A stretch of DNA of 64,000 nucleotides from Callorhinchus milii (lineage: Eukaryota): NCBI RefSeq assembly GCF_018977255.1, contig NW_024704742.1:131566001-131630000 (forward strand), written 5' to 3'. Made by a program: the position numbers and the translations under genes. Shown piece after piece: positions 37,604 through 50,390 of the stretch; within the stretch, counting starts at the first letter, position 1; each line of letters begins with the position of its first letter. The notes under the pieces were generated by a model. That model was not told the DNA's origin. It searched no databases and saw only the letters and a program-made list of their open reading frames with translations.

Positions 37604-38199
37604 AAAGCATAAAACAGTTCCTTTGCTGATTAACTGACAAAGCTGCAGACTGAAGCATTCACTCAAAACATAAGAATCACTTATTGCTGGAATATCTGAA
37701 ACAAATGGAGATTATTTCAATATTAATATCACTTAAAGTTTAGAAACACATTTGAGAACGAACATGTATAATTCTGTTACAAAGTAGCCTCTTATTTTGT
37801 AACATCATTTGTGTCAGTAGCGACACTGGGGTTATTTAGGAAGGTCATTAAGAATCAGGATTGTTTGAAAATGATCGTTTTGTGAACTTGCATTTCATTG
37901 TAAATGCAAATGTTATTTTATCTTGTCTTTGGAAAATCTTACTGGTTTATTTGACTGATCCATTTAACCTCTGAACATGTGTGGCCATGTAACTAAATTT
38001 GCAGGTAATCATTAATTATGTGACTCAAACTCGTATCTTTATTTGAGTACGGCCAACCATTATCTTAGAATATTACAGCTCAGAAGGAGGCCCTTGGTGC
38101 TGGCTCTTTGGAAGGGCTACCCAATCAGTCAACTCCCCCTGGTCTATTATGCAGGTCTTTCAATTGCTATTGACGAAAATATTGAGCTAGACTTGTGTA

Positions 38200-38615
38200 T
38201 CAGCCTGGCTCAGTTGGTCGCATAGTCTAGGCTTACACTCTGGTGAAATGCTGGGTGGGGGTGCTATTAAGATAATCCTTGCATTTGTTGGAACTGCTGT
38301 CTTTTTGGATGAGATGTTAAGCCGAGGTTCCATCTCCCTGTTCAGTTGGATGTCAAGGATCCCAATGCACTACTTCAAAAGAGAAGGGAGTTTCTCCCAG
38401 TTACCTGGCCAACAATTCCCCCCAAAAATTGATCATGGCTATTGATAAAATAGGACATTCACTTCATGGTTGTTGCTCACAATTTGGCTGCTGCTGTTAT
38501 CGCCCACAAAATACAGTAACTTAATTTCACAGTCACTTCATCTCACAGCATGAGGAAGTGCCTTGAGATGTCCTCCTGATGTGAAAGAAGCTATACTAAA
38601 TTCAAGGATTATTAC
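38200..38615 (+). mobile_element. Deu-domain SINE
   Basis: Head CAGCCTGGCTCAGTTGG and Deu core. Confidence 0.75.
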
Positions 38616-40033
38616 TTATAATACAATGTAAAGGAATTGGACAGACTTGTAACAATCTTAATACTACTAAAAATTAAGCAGTAAACGTAATAAGTACCGT
38701 AATCGTTGCATTTGATATAACGGCTTTCATGTTAGGAGGATGTCAAAGCACTCACAGGATTTACTGTAAAGTGCTGTGAGGGATAGTGACTGTATTGTAT
38801 AGTAAACATGGATAGAAATGTGGATGTGGCATATAGTTATACAATGAATGCGATCAATTCAATGCATCACAAGAGAGGTTCAGATGAAGAAGACACTTTA
38901 GACCATTTGATCTCATCCTTCCAGAATACCAACCCAATCTACTAATTAGCAAACATTAAATTCCCTTCTTTTTTTGAATAGTGCTATTGGATCTTTAATG
39001 TGTCCACCTAGAGAGGCATTCTTGTCTTAACGCTTCATCTAAAGGATGGCACCTCCAAAAATGCAGTGCACTCCCAACACTTAATTATAATAATCCTTGC
39101 ATTGGATATAACGCCTTATCACATCTTCAAGATGTCTCAAAGCGCTTCACAGAATATACTGTAAAGTGAATCGACTGTATATTTTGTGGGTGAAAATGAA
39201 TCGGAATGTCAGCCTACACTATGCAAATTCAAAGTCCTGATGTGGGACTTGAACCCCCAACTTTCTGACTCAGAGGCAAGCGTGTTACTAACTGAGTCAG
39301 GCCGACACTCAAATATAAGCTAAATATGTTATCAACATTGAGATCCAGACTAACTTTATTTAGTGTCAATTAAATTAAAAGCCCGATACGAGGATGCTTG
39401 TTATTTGAACGCTATTAACTATTAAAGCATCACTGTCCTTTATAAATAAAAGAGCTTCTCTAGGCTTCTTTCTAGGGAACTTCTCAGAGATCTTTTCTTC
39501 TTTCTTTCGTCTGAAGATAAAGCAGCAGAATTCTCTCAGTCAAGCATCAAGTCACTGTCAAGTCCTGGAGCTTGCTACGTCTGTGGGAAGAACAGAAGAA
39601 TCTAGTTAACAGTGCTCGTTTATAAACCCGGGAAGACAGATGGGTCCTGTTCTCAGATCTCTCTGCTTCTCTGACAACAAAGACCTATAAGCTACAATGT
39701 GACTAACATATTCAAGGCAATGTTGGACGTTAGGTGAGAGACAGCACCGATACATATTGCATGGACAGGACCATCTCCACTGGAATTCATCCAATTTTCC
39801 AGGTTCTTGACACACTGCAAGGTAAAACATGCTTTCCCTTGCATCTCCCCCACCCCCTCCCAAACACTGCATTGGAGTGTCAGTCTACAATGTGAGTTCA
39901 ATGTCCCAATATAGGTTTTCAACCCACAACTTTCTGACTAAGAGGTGAGAGTGCTACCATGTGAACCAGGCTGATTTTATAGCTTGAAGGGTAATGGTGC
40001 CTCTAGTAATATATAGTAACAATAATAATTCTT

Positions 40034-41248
40034 GAGCGAAAACAGAAGTCGCTGGAACACTCAGCTGGTCAGGCAGCATCTATGGAGAAAGGAAAGTGAG
40101 TCAACATTTCGGGTACACGACCCTTCGTCAGAACTGGGGCATGTTGGAAGTAAGAGGTTTTTAAAGGGCTAACAGAGAGGGGGGAGGAAGGGCAAGGAAG
40201 ACAAAGGAGAAAATGGGGTAGAGGACAGGGGATCATGGGTTAACTAGGTGTTAATGATACAAAACAAAGGGGGAGATTGCAACAAAATAGGGGAATAGAG
40301 GTGTTAATAATGCAAAACAAAGGGGGGATAAAATCGCAACAAAATAGGTAGACCAGAGAGAGAAAAGGTGTGTCTGGGACCCAGATGATGTGGTAATGGT
40401 CACAGAAGAGGGGGAGGGGGAATGTGAACTATTATGGTCTGAAATTGTTGAAATCAATATTGAGGACAGAGGGCTGTAAGGTCCCTAGCAAATAAATCAG
40501 GTGCTGTTTCTCAAGTTTGCGCTGTGGCTCATTGGAACAGTGTAGGAGACCATGGATGGAGAGGTCAGAGTGTGAGTGGGAGGGAGAATTGAAGTGGCAA
40601 CAAACCGGAAACTCAGTGTTGTGCTCGCGGACAGAATGGAGGTGATCACCCAATCTGCGTTTCGTCTCCCCAATGTAGAGGAGACTACATCGTGAGCAGC
40701 AAATGCAGTAACTACATTGGTGGTAGTACATGTAAATCGCTGTCTCACTTGAAATCCGTGGTTGCGGCCCTCAACAGTGGAGTGGGAGGAGGTGAAAGGG
40801 CAGGTATTGCATCTCCTTCACTGGTATGGGAAGGTGCCGGTGGGGAGGAGAACAACTGTTCGTGGTGATGATGGAATGAACCAGGGAGTAATGGAGGGAA
40901 CGGTTCCTTTGGAATGCTGAGAGGGGAGGAAAAGGTATGTTTCCCGTGCCTTCAGCTCGACTCTCTACCCCCTCCTCGCTCCCTCCCTTCCCTCCCCTCA
41001 CCCTGACCATATCCACCCTGCTCAGGTCCCGACCCAACTGTCCAGTGCCGTGGGACGTCCTCCCCACGTGAAAGACGCTCTATAAATGAAATCTTGTTGT
41101 TGTTTAGTGGTTGGATCACGCTGGAAGTGCCGGAAACGGCAGAGAATTATTTGTTGGATGTTGAGGCTGGTGGGGTGGAAGGTGAAGACGAGGGGAACCC
41201 TATCACAGTTCTGGGAAGAGGGGGAAGGAGTGAGGGCAGAGGTGCAGG
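40034..41248 (-). mobile_element. Penelope-like retroelement 3' part (GIY-YIG endonuclease remnant and terminal region), interrupted by an L2 tail at ~40943-41105
   Basis: FTCTTTNVV / YCICCSRCSLLYIGETKRRLGDH..H..HFN..H..KLEKQHLI..LGTLQP.LN; upstream RVPLVFTFHP. Confidence 0.92.
40099..40135 (-). ncRNA. Minimal type I hammerhead ribozyme motif (probably decayed), Penelope-associated
   Basis: Minus strand AGTT-CTGACGA-AGGGT CGTGT ACCC-GAAAT-GTT-GACT: core CUGANGA/GAAA, stem II GGGT/ACCC, stem I AGTT/GACT. Confidence 0.7.
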
Positions 41249-41343
41249 CTACCCTCACCCCTTCCCCCTCTTTTGTTTCAGATTTCCACCATCTACAGTA
41301 TTTTGCGATTTGATAATAATCCTTGTATTTGATATAGTGTCTT

Positions 41344-41660
41344 GTGGAATCCTATAGCTCAGTGGTAAGAACACTCGCCTTGCATGTGAGACACCTAGGT
41401 TCAATTCCAGCAGAGAGAAAACTTGGGCAAGTTTCCTTACTCCACACACCTAATAATAAACCCTCCAAAAACAAAAACAATAATAAATTGGTCATTTTCA
41501 ATCCACGACTGTTTGTGGGACACTGCTGTGCACGGTTGGCTGCCGCTTTTCGTCCACAAATATACAGTCAATTCACTTGACAGGAAATTCTGTGAAGTGC
41601 TTTGAGACGTCTAGAAGACTTGAAAAGCGCTTTATCAAATGCAAGGATTATTATTATTAT
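41344..41660 (+). mobile_element. tRNA-Ala-derived SINE, short form
   Basis: Family match. Confidence 0.9.
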
Positions 41661-42099
41661 CACAATCTGTGAGACGTCTCAAAGCACTTTACAGAATATA
41701 CTGGAGAGTGAATTGGCTGAATATTTTTGTGGGCGAAACGCCCACAATATAGAATTTTTATGTATCTGTGTTGCACATGCTATTGCTCACATCAGTTTGA
41801 AGGCTGTATGTGAATAATGAGGTCCAATCTGCAGTGTTTCTTCGTTTATTGTAAATCATAAAAGAATAACAAATTTATTAATGAAGAAAGGTGTGATTGA
41901 TTTTCCGAAAAAAAACAATAAAATCTGCGGAAAGATTCATTTAGAATTCGAAGTTTTAGAAATTTGAATAGTCGTATATTTTCTAATTAAGAAGTTTGTA
42001 AAGAAATATCGCAAATTAGAAGCAAATATGAAAGTATTGAAGGAGACTCAATAAATGCTGGCATGAAGCTGTTTTTGAAATGTGTCCAGCATCTTGGCT

Positions 42100-42166
42100 T
42101 CAACCACCATTCCCGAGACTGATCCCTCCATGACTCCCTGGTTCATTCCTCCATCACCACCAACAG
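42100..42166 (+). mobile_element. Penelope-like internal fragment
   Basis: TCCCTCCATGACTCCCTGGTTCATTCC matches the reverse complement of ~40860-40905. Confidence 0.7.
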
Positions 42167-43892
42167 TTAACATTAATTATTCAATTGTTAATTAATAATA
42201 ATAATAATTCTTACATTTGATATAGTCTCAAAACACTTAACAGAATATATTGTCAAGTGAATTAACTGTGAATTTTGTGGGTAAAACACAGCAGCAAATT
42301 GTGCACATCAATGTTCTACAAACAGTAGTGGATACTATACCCAATATATATATGTATATTTATACAATATATATAGTATAGAAATAGGAAGTATTTGTGG
42401 GGTAGAGAAATACTTCCGGGGGTCTATTCTGAAATTGCAATTCAAAACCTGTGTCCTCTTGTTCTGTTCTGCTGATGCAGTGCATTCAAAACTATTGTTC
42501 CGAGTTTACTTTCTCAAACCCATTTAAAATGTGAAATGCCTCCATAAGGCCCTCCTGAGATGTCTCTCTTTACAAGACTGAAGAGCCCTAGCTTCTCTAA
42601 TTGTTGCTCACGGCTCCTTCCTATCCCTAATGGACAATTGTGTGCAGATTGACTTGGGCAACTTAGGAGCTGAATTCCACTCAGCTCTCTGTAATAGTCT
42701 GGGAACCCAATGCTTGAAGAGGGTCAAAAGGATGCAGTGCTGCGTTAGTGAGATCTACGGAAAGCTGGTAGAGTGTGACCAAAGGTATTGAAATAATATA
42801 CAATGTAGCTACATTAATAATAAGGTGAATATTTATTTGATGCACCGCACTAAGTCATAATAAATTTGCTCCTCACAACTGAATAGCTGAGGTAGCATTG
42901 CTCCCATAATGCATAATCCTAGGATGAACAAAATCCAGCCTAAACTGCACTGATGTTGTATGGATCCCCATAGGGGACATATATTTACCAATTTCTAGAA
43001 GTTAAGCAGTTTTTAAAACTGTATAATTAAGCTCTATCTTCCATTTATCCAGGGTGTACGAGGCATTAAACAGTTCCCTTGCTGATTAACTGCCAAGACA
43101 GTCGGCCAAGGCGTTTAATCAAAGCATGGGAGTCATTTATTATTGAGAACACTCTAAATAAATGGAAGTTATCGCAATATTGCTACGCATTAATAAAAAT
43201 AGAAACTCCAAAAAAAATTGACATCACAGTTTTTATTGTGAATCAGCTGCCATTCAGCCCGGGCACATTTCTTTGAGTCAGCAATTCACAGGACGCAAGC
43301 CTGTGAGAGAAGGATAACAGTCTTGGCTTCAAACTCACAAATGCCCAGAGCTCCAGGTAAGCAAGCTCTGCTTTGCAGCTCAGAGCTGATAATCTCTGCA
43401 ATATCATTCTATCACTCATCGGCTAAGGGAGATTTGTGACTGGGAATTTCTATAGCTAACAGGTGGATAACTGGAAAATTCTAAGGATAACATATAACAG
43501 GTGAATGGGACTAAAAGATTGGCCGTTGTTAAATAATGTCTTGCAGGGTTAACATGAGCTGAGTGGGAACAACAACAACAAAATTACATTTGTATAGCAT
43601 TTTTCAAGTCGGGAGGATGTCCCAAGGTGCAGCACAGTCAATTTCAGACCAGAGCTGGAGGTTGGGATTGGGGAGGGTGGAGGGCAGTGGGAGAAGGAGG
43701 GTAATCGAAAACACAGTCGAAGAGGAGGATCTTGAGATGGGTCTTGAAGGAGGCATGGGAGGGTGCGAGAAAGGGAGCGGGCAGCATAGTAGGGTGTCAG
43801 GTGATTGTAGTGGTAGGGGTGAGTGAGGCCATGAAGCGTTTTGAAGGTGAGGACCAGGGTCTTGAACTGTATCCTCTCTGTGATGGGAATCC

Positions 43893-44193
43893 AGTGGTGT
43901 CCTGTAGCTCAGTGGTTAGAGCACTTGCTTTGAAAGCAAGAGACCTGGGTTCGATTCCTGGCAGGGTGAAACCTTGGGCAAGTTTCCTCACTCCACATGC
44001 CGGATAATAATACCTCAAAAAAAAATTGGTCATTTCAATCCATGACTGTTTGTGGGACACTGCTGTGTGCAATTGGCTGCCGCGTTTCACCTCAAATATA
44101 TAGTCAATTCACTTTACAGTGTATTCTGTGAAGCGCTTTGAGACGCCTAGAAGATGTGAAAAGTGCTATATCAAATGCAAGGATTATTATTAT
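43893..44193 (+). mobile_element. tRNA-Ala-family SINE nested in L2
   Basis: Full-length family match between colinear L2 halves. Confidence 0.92.
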
Positions 44194-44777
44194 GGTGGTG
44201 GTGATAAGGTCACAGAGCCTGGTGCGAGAGAGGACACATGGAGGGAGGTGTTGGGGAGGCCGACAAGCAAGGAGTTTGCATACTTAAGCTTGGATGTTAT
44301 GAATGCATGTATGAAGATTTTGGCGGCCTGTGGTGTGAGACAGTGGCAGAGCCGGGCAATGTTGTGGAGGTGGGGAAAGGCAGAGCAGGTTGTAGGACGG
44401 ATGTGGAGTAGTAAGGATAGTTGAGAGTCAAACAAGATGCCAAGGTTCTGGACTCGCTTTGTAAGGTAGAGTGTACATACATCCATTGGTGGTGATGCTG
44501 TCAGCTCCTGAGGTGTGGAGGCGCTGACGGGAGCCAATCAGGAGAGTCTTGGTCTTGTTGACATTCGACTGTGGAAAGTTTGCCCTCATCCAGGACTTTC
44601 TGTCAGGACAGCAGTGATCCTGCAGTCGAGGGTGGAGGCGGAGAGATACAGTTGGGTGTCATCTGCATACATGTGAACGTTGACCTCATGTTCTTCGATG
44701 ATGTCACCAAGAGGGATCATTTAGATATCTTTGAAGAGGAGGGGACCGAGGACAGAGCCCTGAGGAAGCTGCACGAG

Positions 44778-45273
44778 ACAACAACAAAATTACATTTCTA
44801 AAGTGCCATTCGTGTCAGACAGACGTCCCCAGGTGCTAAACAGTCAGAGTTTCGGACCTGAGCTGGGGGTCGAGATCATGGAAGGCTGAGGGTGGAAGCA
44901 GAGTGATCGAAAGCATGGTCGAAGAGGAGGGTCTTGAGATGGGTCTTGAAGGCGGCAAGTGAAGGGGTGAGGCAGAGGGTCTGCGAGATGGAGTTACAGA
45001 GGGTGGGGGCAGAGTGTCAGAAGGCCCACCCACCAATACTGGGGCGAGTGAGGTTGGGGACGTGAAGCAGGCCGATGTCCAATGAGCAGAGGGAGCGAGC
45101 AGGATGGTAGGGGGTTAGGAGGTCGCAGAGGTAGGGGGGAGCAAGACCATGGAAGGCTTTGAAGATGAAGACCAGGATCTTGAACTGTATCCTTTGTGTG
45201 GTGGGAAGCCATTGTAGTTGGGCGAGGATGGGGGTGATAGTGTCACGGAGCCTGGTGGAGGAGAGGTCATGGG
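44778..45273 (-). mobile_element. Second L2 3' fragment nested in the L2 RT region
   Basis: Has its own TTG tail at ~44778; flanked by TCTC(G)TGCAGC on both sides. Confidence 0.8.
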
Positions 45274-46039
45274 CTGCAGAGATGGTGTGGGCTCTAGAAG
45301 AGAATCCGTTTGTGGAGATGAAGTGGAAGCGGTATGAGAGGTATGATCTGAACCATTCAAGGACGGAACCATGAAGGTTAAGGTAAGCAGAAAGGCAGTG
45401 GATAAGGATAGAGTGGTCAAAGTTGTCGAAAGCAGCAAAGAGGTCAAGGAGGACAAGGAGACACAGGGAGCCCTGGTCTCAGGTGGACAGAATGTAATTC
45501 ATCACTTTGACCAGGGCTGGTTCTATGCTGTGGGCAGCACGGAAATCCGATTGAAGGGCTTTGTGAAGGGAATGGCTGGAGAGGAAGAAGTGAAGCTGGG
45601 AAGCAATGACTCATTCCAGGTCCTTGGAGAGGAAAGAGAGGTTGGAGTTGGGAAGAATCCCTGCTTCCAGTGACTGGTGTCTGGCCCACCAAATCCTGCG
45701 GATGAGTCGGAATAACTGGTTGTTGACTTTTCTTTTACAGCTCACTGGATTGTTAAGTCATTTCAGACGCTTGGAGTCGAATGTAGACCAGATGGGTTAG
45801 GAAGGTGGGTTTCCTTTTCCTTAAGGGCACTATTGAACCATTTGGTACCTTACAATACAATGGCAACTTTGTGGCTATTTTTCTGACACTGCCTCAAATT
45901 ACCAAATGCTTCCGAAATGGCCATCATAACGTTGTAACAAAGAAAGTTGCTCATTTTAGAAAAATAAAAGAGAGACCATGTGAAACTGAGTTCAGTTATT
46001 TACCTTACATCATATCTTAACAACTAAATATATTCATCC

Positions 46040-46452
46040 TGTAATAATAATTATTGCATTTTATACAGGATTTTTTATGTCAGGAGGATGTTTCAAAACT
46101 CGTCACAGATTTACTGAATAGCATGGGACTTTGTATTTTGTAGCCAAATGTGGCTGCCAAGCACACAGTAATGTCCCACAAACAACCATGAAACAAAAAA
46201 CAAATTTTATCTAGGGAATTGTTGACTTGGACACAGGAAAATCTTCCTTTTCTTTTTGAGTCGTGTCTTTGAAGTCCACATGAACAGGCAGATGGGACCT
46301 TGGTTTAATGCCTCATCTGAAGTCTGGGACCTCCAACAATGCAACATCCTCCCAGTTTCTGTGACTGTCAGCTCAAAGTTCTGACGTGTGACATAAACTG
46401 ACAACCTTTTGACTCAAAGGTGAGAGTCCTACCAACTGAACCGGACTGACAC
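46040..46452 (-). mobile_element. Deu-domain SINE
   Basis: Family head and core. Confidence 0.75.
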
Positions 46453-49400
46453 GGCAATATCGCATGAAGGTTCAGATGAAGAAAGCCTTCAAGCCCATTT
46501 GAACTCATCCTGCCCATCTTCTCATTTCAGAATCAAGCTGCTTCTTAAATATAGCCTCTACCATGTTTCCTCGGTAACCCATTCCAGATATTGATTATCC
46601 TCTGCAGAAATAAATATTTCCCGATGTTAGTGAGTTGTTGGCTTTACAAAATCCTGTCTGCAAGTTACGTATCAGTTTTATGTCATTGGGACTTTCAGAA
46701 TGAGATAAACGATACAAGAGAAGAGGCTTAAATGTGACAATCGTAAAGAGATAAAGGATTCTAATTCTAGGATTGCTTGGGTGGATAAGCTGACTGACTG
46801 GCAAATGTATTGAGCTGAAATACTGTGATGTATTAGCATGGATGGTGCTTATTAATACAATATTTGAAAAATAGACCAGCTGGGTATTGATTATAATAAT
46901 TCTTGCATTTGATATAGCACCTTATCATGTCATTGAGATGTCTCAAAGCGCTTCACAGAATATATTGTAAAGTGGATTGATTGTGTTTTGTGGGCAAAAT
47001 GCGGCAGCCAATTGTGTACAGCAATCTTCTACAAACAGTCTTGGATTGAGCGACCAAATATTTTATTTGAAGGACAGCACCTCTGACAGTGCAACACATT
47101 CCAGCACCGCATTGAACTGCAATAGTCACCGTAGGCTATATGGGTTCTAAATCCTGACATGGAGCTTGAGCCCACAACCTTATGACTTAGATGTGGGAGT
47201 GCAACCAACTGATTCAGGCTGACATCCCGAGGCACAATTTGAAAAGAGAAGGAAAAGAGTTTCTCCCAGTGTCTTGACCAACAATCTTCCAGGTAAGATT
47301 GTTGATTTAATTCATGGCTATTCGATGGTCCACAAATTGGCTGCCATGTCCACCTAGAAATAAACAGTCACGACACTTTGCAGAAACCTTGTGAATCACT
47401 TTTCAAAGTTGTATCAAAAGCAATTATTGTTATCATCTCCAAATGTAAAAAAAAAGTGTGAAATCTGGAAGATCTTTTCTCACAGTATCTTTTTCAGAAC
47501 TGCAGAAAATCAGCTTCCAAACTGAGAGGGAATTATGAATTTAAGAAAGTTCCGCACTTTCATTGTTAAGTGTGAAGACAGATGTTTAGACTAAGAACAT
47601 GATGATGTGTTTATGGCTCTAGCAGAAGACAATTTGTGCTTTATTTTCATGCGGACGGGCATTAAGGAACACTGTGCTACTAATAATGTTTGTGGATAAA
47701 CGACAGGACCCAAAAGCTTCTGTAATTAGATTCTCTGCCAAGTGACAATTTGCAGATCAGCAAAGTTTAGTGAATAACATAGAAGTGCTAATTTACGGAA
47801 ACATGTCTCCTTTGAATGCTTATCAGTATTCAGAAAATCTGCGCAGCTGCTGACCGCTTCCATAGTTTGTCATTGATGATTAACAGGCGTCTTGAAAAAA
47901 TGAGCAGTTAAGGGAATTCCAAATTTTGAAGAACTACATTTTACAGATGACAAAAGCGTAGCTGAGTCGTATTTTCAGTCAAAAGTGAGAGCTCCCCCAA
48001 ACTTCGGTTGGAATAAGGATCCCTTGCTTAGATGTCCTCCTGGCTCAGTTGGTAGCACTCATTGGATATAACTAACGCCTTATCACATTGTTGAGAAGTC
48101 TCAAAGTGCTTCACAGAATATACTGTAAAGTTTATTTATTTACTTTTGAAGGGATTATTACCCCCAGAAAAGCGATTTGTCAATTGACTAACAACCGAAT
48201 TCCTACTGACTACTAGGTAAACAGAAGTGTGTGGAGTAGGAAACTTGACTAATGTTTCGCCCTGCCTGGGAATCGTACTTGGGTCCTCTTGTGACAAGGC
48301 GAGTGCTCTAATCACTACAATACAGGACTACATCATAGTACTCCTGGTCACCAGTTCTAGGTTGGAATGCCTCCAGAGCTCAAGAATTAATTAATGGTTC
48401 CGTAAAAGAGTCGTTCATCTTTTATTTGTAACTGAACTTCGGATTGCAGCCTTGAAGCTTCCAGGATCAATAGCACTGTCCTGGATGGATGGATGGGAAC
48501 CGCACCTCAGTTGGCTGGGTTTGGGGCAAGTCACCTGATAACATCCTAGGTCGGGTAAGTGACTTCCAGCACAGCAACACCTCAGGAAAGATTATCAGGT
48601 ATGAGTACAAAATTACACAGATTAATTTTTGCAGTATTTCTTCATGGGATTACACAATTTAAAAACTCCACATGTCTTAAATTGCTTCACAGAATATATT
48701 GTAAAATGGATTGACGGTGGATTTTATAGACAAGTAAAGACACTTAAAAGAGAATGGAGTCACCATGGTAAGGACAGTTTTATAATAATAATATATAATA
48801 ATAATTATTAATAGTATTCCTTACATTAGATATAGCACCTTTCATGTCAGAAGGACATCTCAAAGCACTTCACAAAATACACTGTAAAGTGGACTGGGTG
48901 CTATGTGAGTGGATGCCTACACATTTACCACCTTTGTGCAGTGACGAGAACAGAGTGATGTGATTCTTCTATGAATGAATCATTAATATATGTTTAATAA
49001 CTGCTGTAAACGTGAAGTAATTGGAACACATTCCATGGCCGATGACCTATTGGGTTTTGTCCAGCACATCAGCCTGTTGTTACTGATGGATTGCGTGCTG
49101 TCCTGAGTCGCTTGACTTAGGGGCTGTAACTATAGCGTTAAGTCTTCCACAATTATCACAATCCATCATTATTCCATTCAGCACATCACCTCTTGGGGCA
49201 GGGGTTATTATCAGCCCGAGTCATTAAAAAGTACATTGTGTTTTATTTATTACAAAGTGGTAGTGATTTATTATGCCTGCTTTTAAGGCTGCCAGTCAAT
49301 TGTTCACATTCCCCTCCAGTGCATTTAACAATGAAGATCCACAACCTATAATGGCGAGTGCACAGCTTGTTCTCTCCTCAATGCTCGGCCTTTGAGATCT

Positions 49401-49675
49401 CTCCATTCTTTTTATAACAATAAATAATCCTTGCCTTTGATACAAGGCCTTATCACATCTCCGAGACGTCTCATAGCGCATCACAAAACATATTGTAAAG
49501 TGCAGTGACTGTGCATTTTTGTGGACGAAATGTGGCAACCAATTGCGCACAATAATTCTTCCCTCCTTATACCTCAATGCCATGTACTCAAGCTAACATT
49601 AGTCTCTGTGTAGCATGGATTAAAAAGCAGGGAGGAGAGAAGAAATCTGCTGTGTCTGACTTGGAGAAGTAAATG

Positions 49676-49985
49676 TGTGAGTGAGAGCATGTGTATCAGA
49701 GAGTGAGAGAGAAGGAATGTGCATGTAGTTCAGTGGAGGCCTGCATAAAGTAAAGAGAGAGACAGAGACGGGTCAGTGAGATATGACAGAGAGAGAAATG
49801 AGGAAAGAGATAGATGGAGAGTGTGAGCAGGAAACATGGAGTGTGAGCGAGAGATGGAGCGTGTGAGACATGGAGAGTGTGAGAGATGGATAGTTGTAGT
49901 GAGAGATAGAGTGTGAGCAGGAGATGGAGAGTGTGAGAGATGGAGAGTGTGAGTGAGAGATGGAGAGTGTGAGAGAGGGAGAGTG
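49676..49985. repeat. GA/GT-rich degenerate minisatellite (unit ~GAGAGTGTGAGAGATG)
   Basis: Directly visible low-complexity periodicity. Confidence 0.9.
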
Positions 49986-50004
49986 GGAGCCCTCTACCTC
50001 TCTG

Positions 50005-50390
50005 TTCGAATTCAAGATCCTCGTGCACTTTCCCCCTCCTACCTCTCTGACCTGCTGACTCCCTACCAACCTGTCTGCTCCCTCTGTTCAGCGGGCCCTG
50101 GCCTGTTCCATGTCTCCTGCCCGACGTACCCTACCATCAGTGGCCGAGCTTTCAGTCTCTCTGCCTCCATCCCACAATCCCTTTGCTTCGCTTCATCCCT
50201 TGCCTCATTCAAGGCCAGTCTCAAGACCCTCCTCTTCGATCGTGCCTTCGGTCGCCCTCCCACCTTTCTACCTTCCCTCACCCCTACCCCACCCTTCCCC
50301 CATGCTCGGGTCCTGACCAACTGTCCAGCGCCTTGAGACATCCTCCCAACGTGAAAGGTGCTCTATAAATGTAATTTTGTTGTTGTTGCT
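50005..50390 (+). mobile_element. L2 3' fragment
   Basis: GRAFSLSA..FKASLKTLLF; L2 tail with TTG repeats. Confidence 0.9.

Larger units (their letters stand above)
43567..45650 (-). mobile_element. L2 LINE (RT region to 3' end) carrying two nested insertions
   Basis: Minus-strand [52 protein letters not shown], (TTG)n tail at ~43567. Confidence 0.9.

Noticed and set aside
49696..50069. Ser/Leu/His-repeat ORFs
   Set aside because: Translation of a GA/GT minisatellite
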